Notes under the pieces: model-generated
Seen by the model: only the letters and a program-made list of their open reading frames with translations
What the model was told of the DNA's origin: nothing
Database searches by the model: none
Shown here: positions 44,942 to 54,568 of the stretch, in pieces
How the letters are laid out: each line of letters begins with the position of its first letter
Position numbering within the stretch: position 1 is the stretch's first letter
From: a virus
Reading direction: 5' to 3' (one strand)
DNA length: 64,000 bases
IMG/VR virus record: IMGVR_UViG_3300044653_000098
Span: 32,001 to 96,000 of that record
Program-made: the position numbers and the translations under genes

Positions 44942-45294
44942 ACGGCCACCACAAGGCCGCGCTCGCGACGATCTCGGCCTGCTCGGCCCTCACGATGCTG
45001 TGGGGCTGGCTGTTCTCGCTGGCCGAGCAGCTGCCGGCCACCACCGGCCTGTACTGGTCGGTGATCACCGCGGCGACCGTCGGCTACGGCGACGTGATCC
45101 CGCACAACCCGCTGGGCCGGCTGATTGCCGTGGCCGCCGCCATCACCGCGATCCCGCTCTACTCGGCCAGCGTCGGCCTGTTCATCGGGGGAGTGGCTGC
45201 CCGGGTCATCCACAACGTTGTGCACGATGCCAAGACCGAGATCAAGGACCATGTCGAGGAGCGTCTGCGGCATCATCTGCAAAACCGCATGTAG
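44938..45294 (+). CDS. Minimal two-TM potassium channel (KcsA-like)
   Basis: 118 aa; TM1, GLYWSVITAATVGYGDVIPHNPLGRLIA, TM2. Confidence 0.88.
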   Translation: MNGHHKAALATISACSALTMLWGWLFSLAEQLPATTGLYWSVITAATVGYGDVIPHNPLGRLIAVAAAITAIPLYSASVGLFIGGVAARVIHNVVHDAKTEIKDHVEERLRHHLQNRM

Positions 45295-45364
45295 CCTGCG
45301 CGTTCGCCTGCGCTGGGCACCTCACCTGCGGTAAGTTCACCGCGCAGCCTCCGGAAGGGACGCC

Positions 45365-45970
45365 ATGAGCAAGCAGCTGGGCCGCCGCGACGCACTCCGG
45401 ATCGAGGCGCTGCACGCCGCGGTCGCTTTCGCGGCCTCGGCTGAACCGGAGGTAGTGCTGCTTGCAGTAGCCGACGACTGTTTCGGCTGGCTCGTACGGC
45501 ACGAGACGGAGAAGCTCGCCGTCTCCGTTAAGGTGACCCGTCCCGATGGGACAGTCGCATTCACCGCCCAGCTCACCCAGTCAGCAGGAGAAGGGAACAC
45601 GCCGCTCATGACCGCTATGTTCGACGCAGACACCGCCACCATCACTATCGAGCCGGAAGACTCGATGAACCAGCCGACCGGCGACAGCCTGACCGTTGCG
45701 CAGAGCGACAACGGCACGCCGACGACCGGCGGCGCCCCGGCCACGCCTGGCACGATCGCCAACGTCACCTACACCACCGACGACAACGGCGCGATCACCG
45801 ACGTCACGGTCGCTCCGGTGGCCACGGGCTCGGTCACGATCACGGTGTCGGACCCGAGCGCGCCGGGCGTGGCCCCGTTCACCAACACCTTCGACGTCGC
45901 TGCGGGCGCAACTGCGTCGCTGGTCGGCGCCGTCACGGTCAACGCAGGGGCGAACTCGCCTTCTGCCTGA
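45365..45970 (+). CDS. Thr-rich protein with Ig-like C-terminal domain
   Basis: VTVAPVATGSVTITVSD beta pattern. Confidence 0.55.
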   Translation: MSKQLGRRDALRIEALHAAVAFAASAEPEVVLLAVADDCFGWLVRHETEKLAVSVKVTRPDGTVAFTAQLTQSAGEGNTPLMTAMFDADTATITIEPEDSMNQPTGDSLTVAQSDNGTPTTGGAPATPGTIANVTYTTDDNGAITDVTVAPVATGSVTITVSDPSAPGVAPFTNTFDVAAGATASLVGAVTVNAGANSPSA

Positions 45971-46146
45971 TTTACCGGACGATGCCCAGGACGTGAGCCC
46001 TGAGGCACGTGCCGGCGCAGCCGGGAACTGGCGGTCCTTTCCTCCTCTGGTCCGCCAGTTCGTCCGGCCGGCGCGCTTTCATGACCCCTGATCTGCTCTC
46101 ATCTGGGCATAGAGGTGCCCGATAGCAAGCCACCGGTATAAGAGAC

Positions 46147-47868
46147 GTGATCGCTGACGTCAGAACGTGGGATCCGCGTGTCCGCATGCAGGCTGCCTGG
46201 ATGGCCCACGAGGCGCCCGACATCACCGACTACGAGGTGCCAGCCTGCTGGAATGATAGAGTCTGCCTCCAGCACCGGCAGTCTGCCGGCCGCTGCCCGC
46301 TGTGCGGCTCGGACCGCAGCCCGCACCTGTGCCCGCTGTGCGACTACTGCGGGGTCATGCTCCGGCGCCACCAGCGGACTGGTTCGATGTGGCTGTTCCT
46401 GGCCGGGGATGCCCTGCTGGCGGACACGGTCGGCCTGGGCAAGACGCCCTCGGTGACCGGGATGCTCGCCTTCTGCAAGGAATCCGGCGAGCTGAGCCTG
46501 CAGAACCGGGCGGTGGTCGTCGCCAAGTCCAGCGCCGTCGGCCAGTGGGCCACGCAGCTGACCCGCATGATTCCGTCGCTGCGGGTGATCGCCACGACCG
46601 GCAGCATGCCCAAGCAGCAGCGGATCAACGCCTACCTGACCCCGTGGGAGGTAGCGGTCATCTCCGAGCGCACGCTGGCCTCGGCCCGCGGGGCGAAGCG
46701 GAGCAAGGAAGGCGACCTCACGTACCTGTCGCACTTCCCGGTCGGGATCGTCGTTGCCGACGACACCGATGCCATGCGCACCCGCACGACCCGGACGTCG
46801 CACGCGGTCCGTGAGCTGGCTGGCCGGGCGTCCAGGGTGGTCATCGTGCACGGCACGCCACTCCAGAAGAAGATGGATGAGCTTTACAACTTCCTGGAGC
46901 CGATCGGCGGCCCGGCCCGCCTCGGCAGCCAGCGGCAGTTCCATTACCGGTACGTCACCACCTCGACCGACTCCTACTACACCCGTGACAGCACCGGGCA
47001 GGTGGTCGAGTGCGAGCGCACCACCGACACCGGGGTCAAGAACGAGCAGGAGCTGCAGCGGCTGATCGCCCCGCTGATCCTGCGCCGCCGGCCCGAGCAC
47101 GTGGACGACATGACCCTGCCCGCGATCCAGCCGCACGTGGTCTGGCTCGACCCCTCCCCGGCCCAGGCCCGGCGCTATGCCGAGCTGCAGGACGGGGTGC
47201 TGCGTCTGATACGGGAGCAGGGCGAGACCATCTCCCGGCCGCAGGCGGCCGCGCTGTGGACCCACGGCTGGCAGATCTGCTCCGGGCTGGCCACCCTGGA
47301 CGAGGGGCCCGGTGACGACAGCATCAAGCTCGACTGGATCATGGAGCATGTCGAGCCGCCGAGCGCCATGAGCCTGGGCGGGTTCGCCGGCGATAAGGCC
47401 GTGGTCTTCGTCAACTTCAAGCCGAATGTGGAGGCCCTGTCCCGGAGACTGGACGTCGCGGGCATCCGGCATGTAGTCATGTGGGGGAACGAGACCGGCC
47501 AGGCCGAGCGTGACCGCCGGCTGGCCGCATTCCGCCAGGATCCTGGCTGCCGGATGCTGATCGGGACGACGACTATCGAGATGAGCCTGAACCTTCAGGC
47601 CGCGCGCCACCTCGTTGCCGTCGATACCATCCCGAACCCCGCGCGCATGACGCAGCTAGCGGGGCGCGTGAGGCGCGCGGGGTCTCCGTTCAGCACGGTG
47701 TACTTTCATCAGCTTCTGCTTCGTGGGACGCAGGAGGAGGGTATTCTCAACCAGCTGTACTCCGAGCAGGAGACCGCGGACACCGTCTGGGGAGAGCAGG
47801 GCGATCTGTTCCAGGACAGAACCCCGCTGGAGATGCTGCGGATGATCGCAGCCCGGAGGGCGGCATAG
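46147..47868 (+). CDS. SNF2-family helicase/ATPase with N-terminal Zn finger
   Basis: LLADTVGLGKT; VVADDTD; HGTPLQ; LILRR; KAVVFVNF; SLNLQAA; NPARMTQLAGRVRRAG. Confidence 0.88.
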   Translation: MIADVRTWDPRVRMQAAWMAHEAPDITDYEVPACWNDRVCLQHRQSAGRCPLCGSDRSPHLCPLCDYCGVMLRRHQRTGSMWLFLAGDALLADTVGLGKTPSVTGMLAFCKESGELSLQNRAVVVAKSSAVGQWATQLTRMIPSLRVIATTGSMPKQQRINAYLTPWEVAVISERTLASARGAKRSKEGDLTYLSHFPVGIVVADDTDAMRTRTTRTSHAVRELAGRASRVVIVHGTPLQKKMDELYNFLEPIGGPARLGSQRQFHYRYVTTSTDSYYTRDSTGQVVECERTTDTGVKNEQELQRLIAPLILRRRPEHVDDMTLPAIQPHVVWLDPSPAQARRYAELQDGVLRLIREQGETISRPQAAALWTHGWQICSGLATLDEGPGDDSIKLDWIMEHVEPPSAMSLGGFAGDKAVVFVNFKPNVEALSRRLDVAGIRHVVMWGNETGQAERDRRLAAFRQDPGCRMLIGTTTIEMSLNLQAARHLVAVDTIPNPARMTQLAGRVRRAGSPFSTVYFHQLLLRGTQEEGILNQLYSEQETADTVWGEQGDLFQDRTPLEMLRMIAARRAA

Positions 47869-47871
47869 GCC

Positions 47872-48066
47872 ATGGCTGTCACCGATCAGTTCTGGCGAGT
47901 GACTTTGAGACTGCCCCACGGAGCCGTGATGATATTTTCCGTAACGGGCGCTACGCGCCGGGACGCTGCGGCGGCCATGTTCCTGCACCTGCTGCACCAT
48001 GGCCCAGCCCCTAGCAAGATCAGCGACATCAAGTTGTGGCAGCAGGCTTCTCGCGTTAAGCCGTGA
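47872..48066 (+). CDS. Small hypothetical protein
   Basis: Fills the gap between SNF2 and sigma; overlaps sigma start. Confidence 0.4.
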   Translation: MAVTDQFWRVTLRLPHGAVMIFSVTGATRRDAAAAMFLHLLHHGPAPSKISDIKLWQQASRVKP

Positions 48067-48746
48067 CGCCGGAGATCGAGCGTCTTGTTGCGGAGCTGAT
48101 GCCCCAGGCCAAGGCCGAGGCGTGGAAGCTGTTCAACACGGCGCCCCAGCAGCTGAGCCTGGACGAGCTGGTCTCCTGGGCTTATCTCGGGCTGTCCAAG
48201 GCCGGGGACCGGTGGCAGGGGTACTGCGAGAAGAACAGCTACAGCCCGGATGCCACGCAGTATTTCGCTGCGTATGCGCTGCGCTACATCCGCGGGACGA
48301 TGGTCGACTCCCTGCGCTCCTCCGACCACGTCACCCGTTCGATGCGCCGCCGGGCCAAGGATCTGCGCGACGCCGGCCAGGATCTTGGCGTCGGTGAGAG
48401 TGAGCTGGCGGAGAAGACCGGCCTGACGGTCCAGCAGATCCGGGCCACGGTTGCCGCGGTGGCCCGGCGGCCGGTGTCCATGGATGCCGAGCCCGTCGAC
48501 ATCGCGGATGATGACGACGTGGAGGGCCAAGCGGTGGTTAACACCGTGCTGGCCGCCGCGGTGCAGGTGCTGCTGGCCCAGCCCCCCGACGTCCAGGCCG
48601 TGATCGCGCTGCGCTACCACCAGGGGATGGACCTGCGGGCGGTGGCTACGCAGCTGGGCTGGCCGGAATCCGAGGTGGGCGACCTGCACACCGCAGGCAT
48701 CCTCGCCGTGCACGAGGCCATGCTGTCCGCGGTTGATGAGTCCTAG
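48063..48746 (+). CDS. Sigma-70 family factor, FliA/WhiG-like
   Basis: DELVSWAYLGLSKA...FAAYALRYIRGTMVDSLRSSDHVTRSMR; VIALRYHQGMDLRAVATQLG. Confidence 0.85.
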   Translation: MTPEIERLVAELMPQAKAEAWKLFNTAPQQLSLDELVSWAYLGLSKAGDRWQGYCEKNSYSPDATQYFAAYALRYIRGTMVDSLRSSDHVTRSMRRRAKDLRDAGQDLGVGESELAEKTGLTVQQIRATVAAVARRPVSMDAEPVDIADDDDVEGQAVVNTVLAAAVQVLLAQPPDVQAVIALRYHQGMDLRAVATQLGWPESEVGDLHTAGILAVHEAMLSAVDES

Positions 48747-48763
48747 GGAGCGGTAACAGCCTC

Positions 48764-49228
48764 ATGCTGGATCGTGCAGAGAAGCTGGCCGGGCGCTGGT
48801 TCAAGGCGCAGATGGATGCCTACCTGGACCGCCTGAACGCCGAGGATCCCCCGAACTTCACGGTGCCTGAGGTGCTGCGCAACCCCCGCCACGACTGCAA
48901 GCACCGCGGCGGGATGTCGACGTCCTTCCGGATGGCGGAGATCTACGTCACCTCGCCGGAGATCTGGATCTGCTATTGCAGCAAGACTGGCCTGATGGGG
49001 CCGGACTTCCCTCATGACGACTGCCAGGGAGGCGTCGTGGCTGCCGTGGAGGCCCGCTTCGGCTTCCTGTACTCCGAGGGCCGGTGCCGCTGCGGGATCC
49101 ACGGCCGCTCGCCTCATGGCCGCATTGTCGATGCCGTAGAGCGTCCTCCGATCGGAAGGGTACGGGCGTGGCAGACGACGGACATGGCGGCAAAGTCCCC
49201 GGGAAGTGGAAGGACGCCCTCCCGGTAG
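48764..49228 (+). CDS. Cys-rich hypothetical protein
   Basis: 154 aa; AGGGAG SD. Confidence 0.5.
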   Translation: MLDRAEKLAGRWFKAQMDAYLDRLNAEDPPNFTVPEVLRNPRHDCKHRGGMSTSFRMAEIYVTSPEIWICYCSKTGLMGPDFPHDDCQGGVVAAVEARFGFLYSEGRCRCGIHGRSPHGRIVDAVERPPIGRVRAWQTTDMAAKSPGSGRTPSR

Positions 49229-49782
49229 TCCCCGATAAGGTTGCGGAGCACCTCGATGCGGGCCACGACGTGCCGCTGGAGGCCATGGTCAGCGAGAAGG
49301 CCATGGAGCAGTTCGAGGACCATGTCAGGCGCCAGGCAGAGCCGGTGCACGCTGAGGATCTGATCCCGGTCGCCCGCAACGACCCGCGGATCCAGGGGCC
49401 CGCCCCGGGCAACGGCTCGGTGCTGCCCAAGGTGCCGGTCCGGCGCCGCGTCATCCCCGCCCCGTTCAAGCGGCCGAGCATCCACATCGACCACCACGGC
49501 AAGAGCTGGCAGGTTAAGCACGTTGAGTCGGTGCAGGCCGGCGACATCGTGCCGGACGTCGGCCGGGTGGCCAAGGCTGAGCAGCGGACCCGGTACGTGC
49601 GGATGTCGGAAGTGATGAGGCTGGAGGATCTTCAGCTGCACGCCCTGAACCCGCACAAGCAGGTGGCGGTCGGCCTCGAAGTCGTGCTCACCGGTATAGA
49701 TGGCCGTGAGCACCTATTTGAGCCGTCTCAGCGCATACGAGTCTTCACCGCGGAAGAGCACGCGGGTGCCAGCGCCGACTAA
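49168..49782 (+). CDS. Hypothetical protein
   Basis: GGAAGG before GTG; VESVQAGDIVPDVGRV beta-barrel-like segment. Confidence 0.5.
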   Translation: MADDGHGGKVPGKWKDALPVVPDKVAEHLDAGHDVPLEAMVSEKAMEQFEDHVRRQAEPVHAEDLIPVARNDPRIQGPAPGNGSVLPKVPVRRRVIPAPFKRPSIHIDHHGKSWQVKHVESVQAGDIVPDVGRVAKAEQRTRYVRMSEVMRLEDLQLHALNPHKQVAVGLEVVLTGIDGREHLFEPSQRIRVFTAEEHAGASAD

Positions 49783-49962
49783 GGCCGAGCTGGGAGCCGT
49801 CCCGGCCGGCCTGATCACCGGCCTGCGCCCGCACGACTGCATCAACTGCACCTGGACCATGGTCCGCGGGGTGTGGACCCTGAAGTTCATCCACTCCGAG
49901 TGCCCGGCGCACCGCGGCCTGCCGCGCGCCACCGACGGCCTGCGCTCCTGGATGCTTACCGG

Positions 49963-50571
49963 ATGAAGACAGGCAGCCTCTGCACGGGCTACAGCGGCCT
50001 GGAGCTGGGCGCTGCCGCCTACTTCGACATCGACTTGCAGTGGGTGGCTGACAACGACTCTGACGCCGCGGTGGCGCTGGCTGAGCACCATCCTGGGGTG
50101 CTGAACCTCGGGGACATCAAAGAGGTCGACTGGTCCCGCGTCACCCCGGTCGAGCTGCTGCTCCTGGGCTTCCCGTGCCCGGACGTCTCGTCGGCCGGCC
50201 GGCGGGCAGGGCTGCAGCCCGGTAACAGGAGCGGGATCTGGTCGCACTGCGCTTATGCGATAGGAGTGCTACGACCTCAGCTGATCTTGGTGGAAAATGT
50301 AAAGGGGCTGCTCAGTGCTCGTGCCCACAGCGACGTGGAACCCTGCCCGTGGTGTATGGGAAACGCCACAGATCGCATCCTGCGGGCACTTGGTGCCGTA
50401 CTCGGTGACCTTGCCACGCTCGGGTACGATGCGGAATGGGAAACTCTATCCGCCTCTGACGCCGGCTGCTGCCATCCCCGTGATCGGGTCTTCATCGTCG
50501 CCTGGCCCCGTGCTGCTGAAGACACCGACAGCCCAGCTGGGGATCAACGGCGGGAGCCAGCATCCGTCTAA
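49963..50571 (+). CDS. C5 cytosine methyltransferase, N-terminal catalytic part (motifs I-VIII)
   Basis: SLCTGYSG; GDI; GFPCPD; ENV; HPRDRVFIVA. Confidence 0.88.
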   Translation: MKTGSLCTGYSGLELGAAAYFDIDLQWVADNDSDAAVALAEHHPGVLNLGDIKEVDWSRVTPVELLLLGFPCPDVSSAGRRAGLQPGNRSGIWSHCAYAIGVLRPQLILVENVKGLLSARAHSDVEPCPWCMGNATDRILRALGAVLGDLATLGYDAEWETLSASDAGCCHPRDRVFIVAWPRAAEDTDSPAGDQRREPASV

Positions 50572-51037
50572 GCGCAAGGCAGGCGGCCACGGCCCGACCC
50601 TGGCCGACGAGGTCGAGCACGAGATCCTGCTGAGGGACTGGGATCTGCTGCCAACGCCCGCGGCCCGCGACTTCAAATCAGGCGAGTCGAATCTGCTGGA
50701 GCGCAATGCGCGGCCGCTCAACGAGGTAGCCGTCAACTGGCTGCGTCCGGCCGGCGGGGTGGTCGACTGGGGCAAGTTCGCCCGTGCGGTGTTGCGGTGG
50801 GAGCAGGTGTTTGGTCACCTTGTGCCCTGCCCCCTGGAGCCCGGCCGGTTTGGCAACCTTGTGCTGGCTCCTGTGTTCGTGGAGTGGATGATGGGACTGG
50901 AGCCTGGGTGGGTGACGGACCTTCCCATCTCCCGTAACGCCAAGCTGAAGCTGCTTGGCAATGGTGTGGTTCCCCAGCAGGTGGCGCTTGCGCTGCCCCG
51001 GCTGCTGCAGCGGGTACCAGTGTCATGGATTCGCTAG
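50315..51037 (+). CDS. C5 cytosine methyltransferase, C-terminal part (TRD and motifs IX-X) in an overlapping frame
   Basis: LLPTPAARDFK; PVFVEWMMGLEPGW; LKLLGNGVVPQQ. Confidence 0.8.
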   Translation: MLVPTATWNPARGVWETPQIASCGHLVPYSVTLPRSGTMRNGKLYPPLTPAAAIPVIGSSSSPGPVLLKTPTAQLGINGGSQHPSKRKAGGHGPTLADEVEHEILLRDWDLLPTPAARDFKSGESNLLERNARPLNEVAVNWLRPAGGVVDWGKFARAVLRWEQVFGHLVPCPLEPGRFGNLVLAPVFVEWMMGLEPGWVTDLPISRNAKLKLLGNGVVPQQVALALPRLLQRVPVSWIR

Positions 51038-52506
51038 ATCACGGAAAGCGTGTTCTGGGAACGATACTGGGCCACCAGGACCGGCAGGCTCTCGACTACG
51101 CCCTGCGCTGGCTCCAGCCCGAGCACTTCACCGACGCCGTCCAGGCCAACATCTGGGTGATGTGCCAGCGGTACCTGGACCAGGCTGGCCACGTGCTTAC
51201 CCGCAGCGCGCTGGAAGACATCATGAGCCACCAGCCGCCCGGCACAGCCCTCATGTATACGGAGATGTTCGACAGCCTCGTGACGTGGAAGGCCGACGCC
51301 ACCGCGGCCGGCGTCGCTGCGTTTCAGTGGTCGGTGCAGCAGCTGCGCGATCTGGCCGCCGAGCGGCTGACGGGCGAGGCCCTGACCCGCGGGATGGAAA
51401 TCCTGCGCCGGGGCTGGACGGAGGGCCGCCAGTCCTGGTCCGGCCACGACGACGCCCGGCGCTGGCTGATCACCCGTTTCTCCGAGATCGAGCGCCAGAT
51501 GCGTTACGCCGAGGTGCCCGAGGGCGACATGCGCACCGAGGGCGCAGCCATGCTGAGCGAGTACGGAAATCGCAAGGCCATGGCTGCCCGAGGCGAGACC
51601 GGGAGCATCGCCACTGGCATCCTGGAGCTGGACAAGCTGCTCGGCGGCGGTCTGGAGCGGGGCGAGCTGGATTTCATCGCCGCCTACACCAGCGTCGGGA
51701 AGACCAGCCTGTGCGTCCACCTCGCCTGGCACGCCGCAGTGATGCAGGGCAAGAACGTCGTCTACTTCACCAGCGAGACGCTGCGCGAGCAGATCAAGAT
51801 CAAGGTGATCTCCCGGCACTCCCGGCTGGAGAAGTTTGGGCTGAAGTACGGGCTCAACAGCAAGGACATCAAGGCGGGACAGCTGACCCCGGAGGGCGAA
51901 CGGTCCTTCGCCGCGGTGAGGGACGATTTCGACCGGATCGCCGGGCGGCTGTTCATTGCCCAGGTGCCCAAGGGCGCCACGGTCAGCGTCATCGATGCGA
52001 GCCTGGAGCGCATTACCCGGGACTGGGAGGCCGATCTGGTCATCCTGGACTCGGTAAACCTGCTGCGGCCTGAGGAGACGCGCCGGTCCGGCTGGGAGGA
52101 GCACTCCCGCACGATCAAGGCGTCCAAGGAACTGGCAGCCACCTACCACGATGGCCGTGGGGTGCCTTTGGTTAGCCCGTGGCAGATATCCGAGTCCGGC
52201 CAGCGCGCGGCCCGCGAGCGCGGGCACTACCTAGTCGGGGATTTGGCCGAGTCACACGAGGCGGCCACCAGCTCGGATGTGGCCCTGTCGCTCATGAGTC
52301 CCGCGGACTTTGGCGGCGGCCGCAACGTCACGCTGGAGATGAGCGTGCTGAAGAACCGCGACGGTGAGTCCCTGCAGGGCGCAAGCTCCACCATCAAGCT
52401 GCGCACCGACTACGCCACGAGCTACTTCATGGCCCAGGGCGGAGGCTCCGACAGCGTCACCCAGCTGATGCAGTACCAGGCCAACGGGTCCAATGTCTTC
52501 GGGTGA
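51025..52506 (+). CDS. dnaB: DnaB-like replicative helicase
   Basis: IATGILELDKLLGGGLERGEL; AYTSVGKT; YFTSE; LVILD; SPWQ; VLKNRDG. Confidence 0.9.
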   Translation: MDSLDHGKRVLGTILGHQDRQALDYALRWLQPEHFTDAVQANIWVMCQRYLDQAGHVLTRSALEDIMSHQPPGTALMYTEMFDSLVTWKADATAAGVAAFQWSVQQLRDLAAERLTGEALTRGMEILRRGWTEGRQSWSGHDDARRWLITRFSEIERQMRYAEVPEGDMRTEGAAMLSEYGNRKAMAARGETGSIATGILELDKLLGGGLERGELDFIAAYTSVGKTSLCVHLAWHAAVMQGKNVVYFTSETLREQIKIKVISRHSRLEKFGLKYGLNSKDIKAGQLTPEGERSFAAVRDDFDRIAGRLFIAQVPKGATVSVIDASLERITRDWEADLVILDSVNLLRPEETRRSGWEEHSRTIKASKELAATYHDGRGVPLVSPWQISESGQRAARERGHYLVGDLAESHEAATSSDVALSLMSPADFGGGRNVTLEMSVLKNRDGESLQGASSTIKLRTDYATSYFMAQGGGSDSVTQLMQYQANGSNVFG

Positions 52507-53062
52507 GCTGGCCGGCGGCGAGCTGATCTCCCTGGCCAACCGGATCGTGCCTTTCCCGCTGGCATGCCGCGAGGCCGGGATGGACAACGTGCCAGAGCCC
52601 CGGCAGAGCGGCAGCCGGGCCTATTGCCCGTTCGGTGAGTTCAGCCACCCCGATGGTGGCCGGGATCAGGCGCTGCGCGTCTACTACGATCACGGGTTCT
52701 GCTTTGCGGAATGGCTGTACCTGTCCCCGGTCAAGATCCTCGCTCTGGCCCGGGATCTCGCCGCGGAGGAGGCTGCCAGGCACCTGCTCGACTGCGTCGG
52801 GTACCAGCCGGCCTCGTGGCAGGAGCGGTGGGAGGAGCTGCTGGAAGAGCGGCCGGAACCGGATTACGCTGCCCTGGCCCGTGCTCTTCGTTCCCGGCTG
52901 GAGGTTAGGTACGCTGACTGGGGGAATCGCCAACTCGATTCTAATGTTTCGACAATGCTGGCCAGCTGCCTTGGGCTGCTGACACGGGTCCACTCGGAGG
53001 CGGACTGCAAGCTTTGGCTGGAGCGGTCCTCAGAAGTGATGGCGCAGGCACTAGGAGGATGA
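52493..53062 (+). CDS. Primase-like Zn-binding domain protein (no TOPRIM)
   Basis: YCPFGEFSH...ALRVY...GFCF; overlaps dnaB. Confidence 0.55.
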   Translation: MSSGELAGGELISLANRIVPFPLACREAGMDNVPEPRQSGSRAYCPFGEFSHPDGGRDQALRVYYDHGFCFAEWLYLSPVKILALARDLAAEEAARHLLDCVGYQPASWQERWEELLEERPEPDYAALARALRSRLEVRYADWGNRQLDSNVSTMLASCLGLLTRVHSEADCKLWLERSSEVMAQALGG

Positions 53063-53063
53063 G

Positions 53064-53354
53064 ATGACTGCAAAGACCACGCTGAACGTCCCAAAGCTGC
53101 CCGGATGGATCACGCTGAGCGAGGCGGGAAAGATCCTGGGAGTCTCCCGGTGGGCGGTCCACAAGATGTGCGACCGGGAAGCTCTCAAGCCGGGTGAGAA
53201 GCCGGTGCTGAATGCTTTCTACATCGGGGATCCGGACCGCCCGGTATACCTTGTGCGCGAGGCGGAAGTCTCGGCCCTCAAGAGGAACCGGGGCCGCCCA
53301 GCCCAGCCCTCGGCTAGTTCCGCAGAGGCAGTGCCCGAGGTGCAGACGGCGTAA
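53064..53354 (+). CDS. HTH DNA-binding protein (excisionase/HTH_17-like)
   Basis: WITLSEAGKILGVSRWAVHKM. Confidence 0.75.
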   Translation: MTAKTTLNVPKLPGWITLSEAGKILGVSRWAVHKMCDREALKPGEKPVLNAFYIGDPDRPVYLVREAEVSALKRNRGRPAQPSASSAEAVPEVQTA

Positions 53355-53419
53355 CAAGAGCAGGGCCCTGGGATCCACGGGCGGTGGTCCCAGGGCTCTT
53401 CACGTTGGAGGGTGGGGAT

Positions 53420-53914
53420 ATGGCGATCTTCGCGGACATGGTGGCCGAGCAGGCGACGGAAGCTGCTGCCACCTATGATGGCCACCGCTGGCGCTGGCTG
53501 GTTGAGCAGTGGGGGCGCCCGGTACGCAGAAACGGTCTTGTCCTCCCGGAGCAGCAGCTGAGCGACGGCGCGGTTATTGATGTAGCAGGCGCCCTGACCT
53601 GTGATGCTGTCATGCGGCGCTGGCTTGGGCTGCCTGGCGAGGAGAATGCCCCCAGGCGGCGGGCTGCCCTGGAGCTGCAGGAGGCCCTGCACGGCTTCGA
53701 GATGGAGCGCGCAGCCCGGCCGCCGCAGGTGACCTACTCGCTGCCGCTCAGTGCTCCGGTGACGGAGGATCCGTACGGCAGCACCTATCCCATCCCCGCG
53801 CCTGCCACCAGCCCGGCAACCATGCCCGTGCCCGCGGTGCATCCGGCCCGTCCCGGCCTCATCGAGACCACCCATCAGGTCCGGGCGTTTCTCAGAGACC
53901 GCCTGCACAGATGA
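53420..53914 (+). CDS. Hypothetical protein
   Basis: GGAGG before MAIFADM. Confidence 0.5.
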   Translation: MAIFADMVAEQATEAAATYDGHRWRWLVEQWGRPVRRNGLVLPEQQLSDGAVIDVAGALTCDAVMRRWLGLPGEENAPRRRAALELQEALHGFEMERAARPPQVTYSLPLSAPVTEDPYGSTYPIPAPATSPATMPVPAVHPARPGLIETTHQVRAFLRDRLHR

Positions 53915-54315
53915 AAACCATCCTCACGTTCCTGGCACCGCGGGAGATGCTGTCTCCCGCACAGCTGTGGTTCCTGGCCGGGCAGGACCCCGCTCGCTAT
54001 CTGGAGCTGATGCGTGAGTATGGGTACATCGTGCCCTCCCGTGGCGCTCCCCAGGAGCCACTGCCGTGCGGCTGGCCAGACAATGGGCACCGGGTGCCAC
54101 TCGAGTATGACGACACCCTGGTCTGGGAGGAGCCGTCGGACAGCGGCAACGGTGTCTACCTGGTTCGCCAGCTGGCCGATGGGCGCTGGTACTGCCCATG
54201 TGAGGACTTCGAGTACCGCGGCATGGAGCGGCCTTGCAAGCACATCGTGCGCCGGCAGCGGAAGATCGCAGAGGCTGTCGCAAGCCAGGACGGCAGAGGT
54301 AGGGTGACGGCGTGA
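53911..54315 (+). CDS. SWIM zinc-finger protein
   Basis: YLV...WYCPCEDFEYR...PCKHI. Confidence 0.75.
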   Translation: MKTILTFLAPREMLSPAQLWFLAGQDPARYLELMREYGYIVPSRGAPQEPLPCGWPDNGHRVPLEYDDTLVWEEPSDSGNGVYLVRQLADGRWYCPCEDFEYRGMERPCKHIVRRQRKIAEAVASQDGRGRVTA

Positions 54316-54563
54316 ATGAGCTGCTGGAGGAACGCGGGTGGGAAGAGCTTCCTCCAGGGGAGCTGTGCTGGCTGGACTGTGCCGGGCAGGCCCTGCACAA
54401 GGAATGGCATCACAGCGAGATAGATCTCTGCGAACCGCACGCCCTGGTGCTGGAATCCGGGCGCAAGAACGCCACCTACGCTGGGGCGCTGACCCCGTCC
54501 GACTCGGTTGCAATCGAGTGGCCGTGGCGCCGCATTGCCCGTCAGCTTGTCGACGTCGTATAA
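54312..54563 (+). CDS. Small Cys/His protein
   Basis: CWLDC...LCEPH; GTGA overlap. Confidence 0.45.
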   Translation: MNELLEERGWEELPPGELCWLDCAGQALHKEWHHSEIDLCEPHALVLESGRKNATYAGALTPSDSVAIEWPWRRIARQLVDVV

Positions 54564-54568
54564 GTCCT

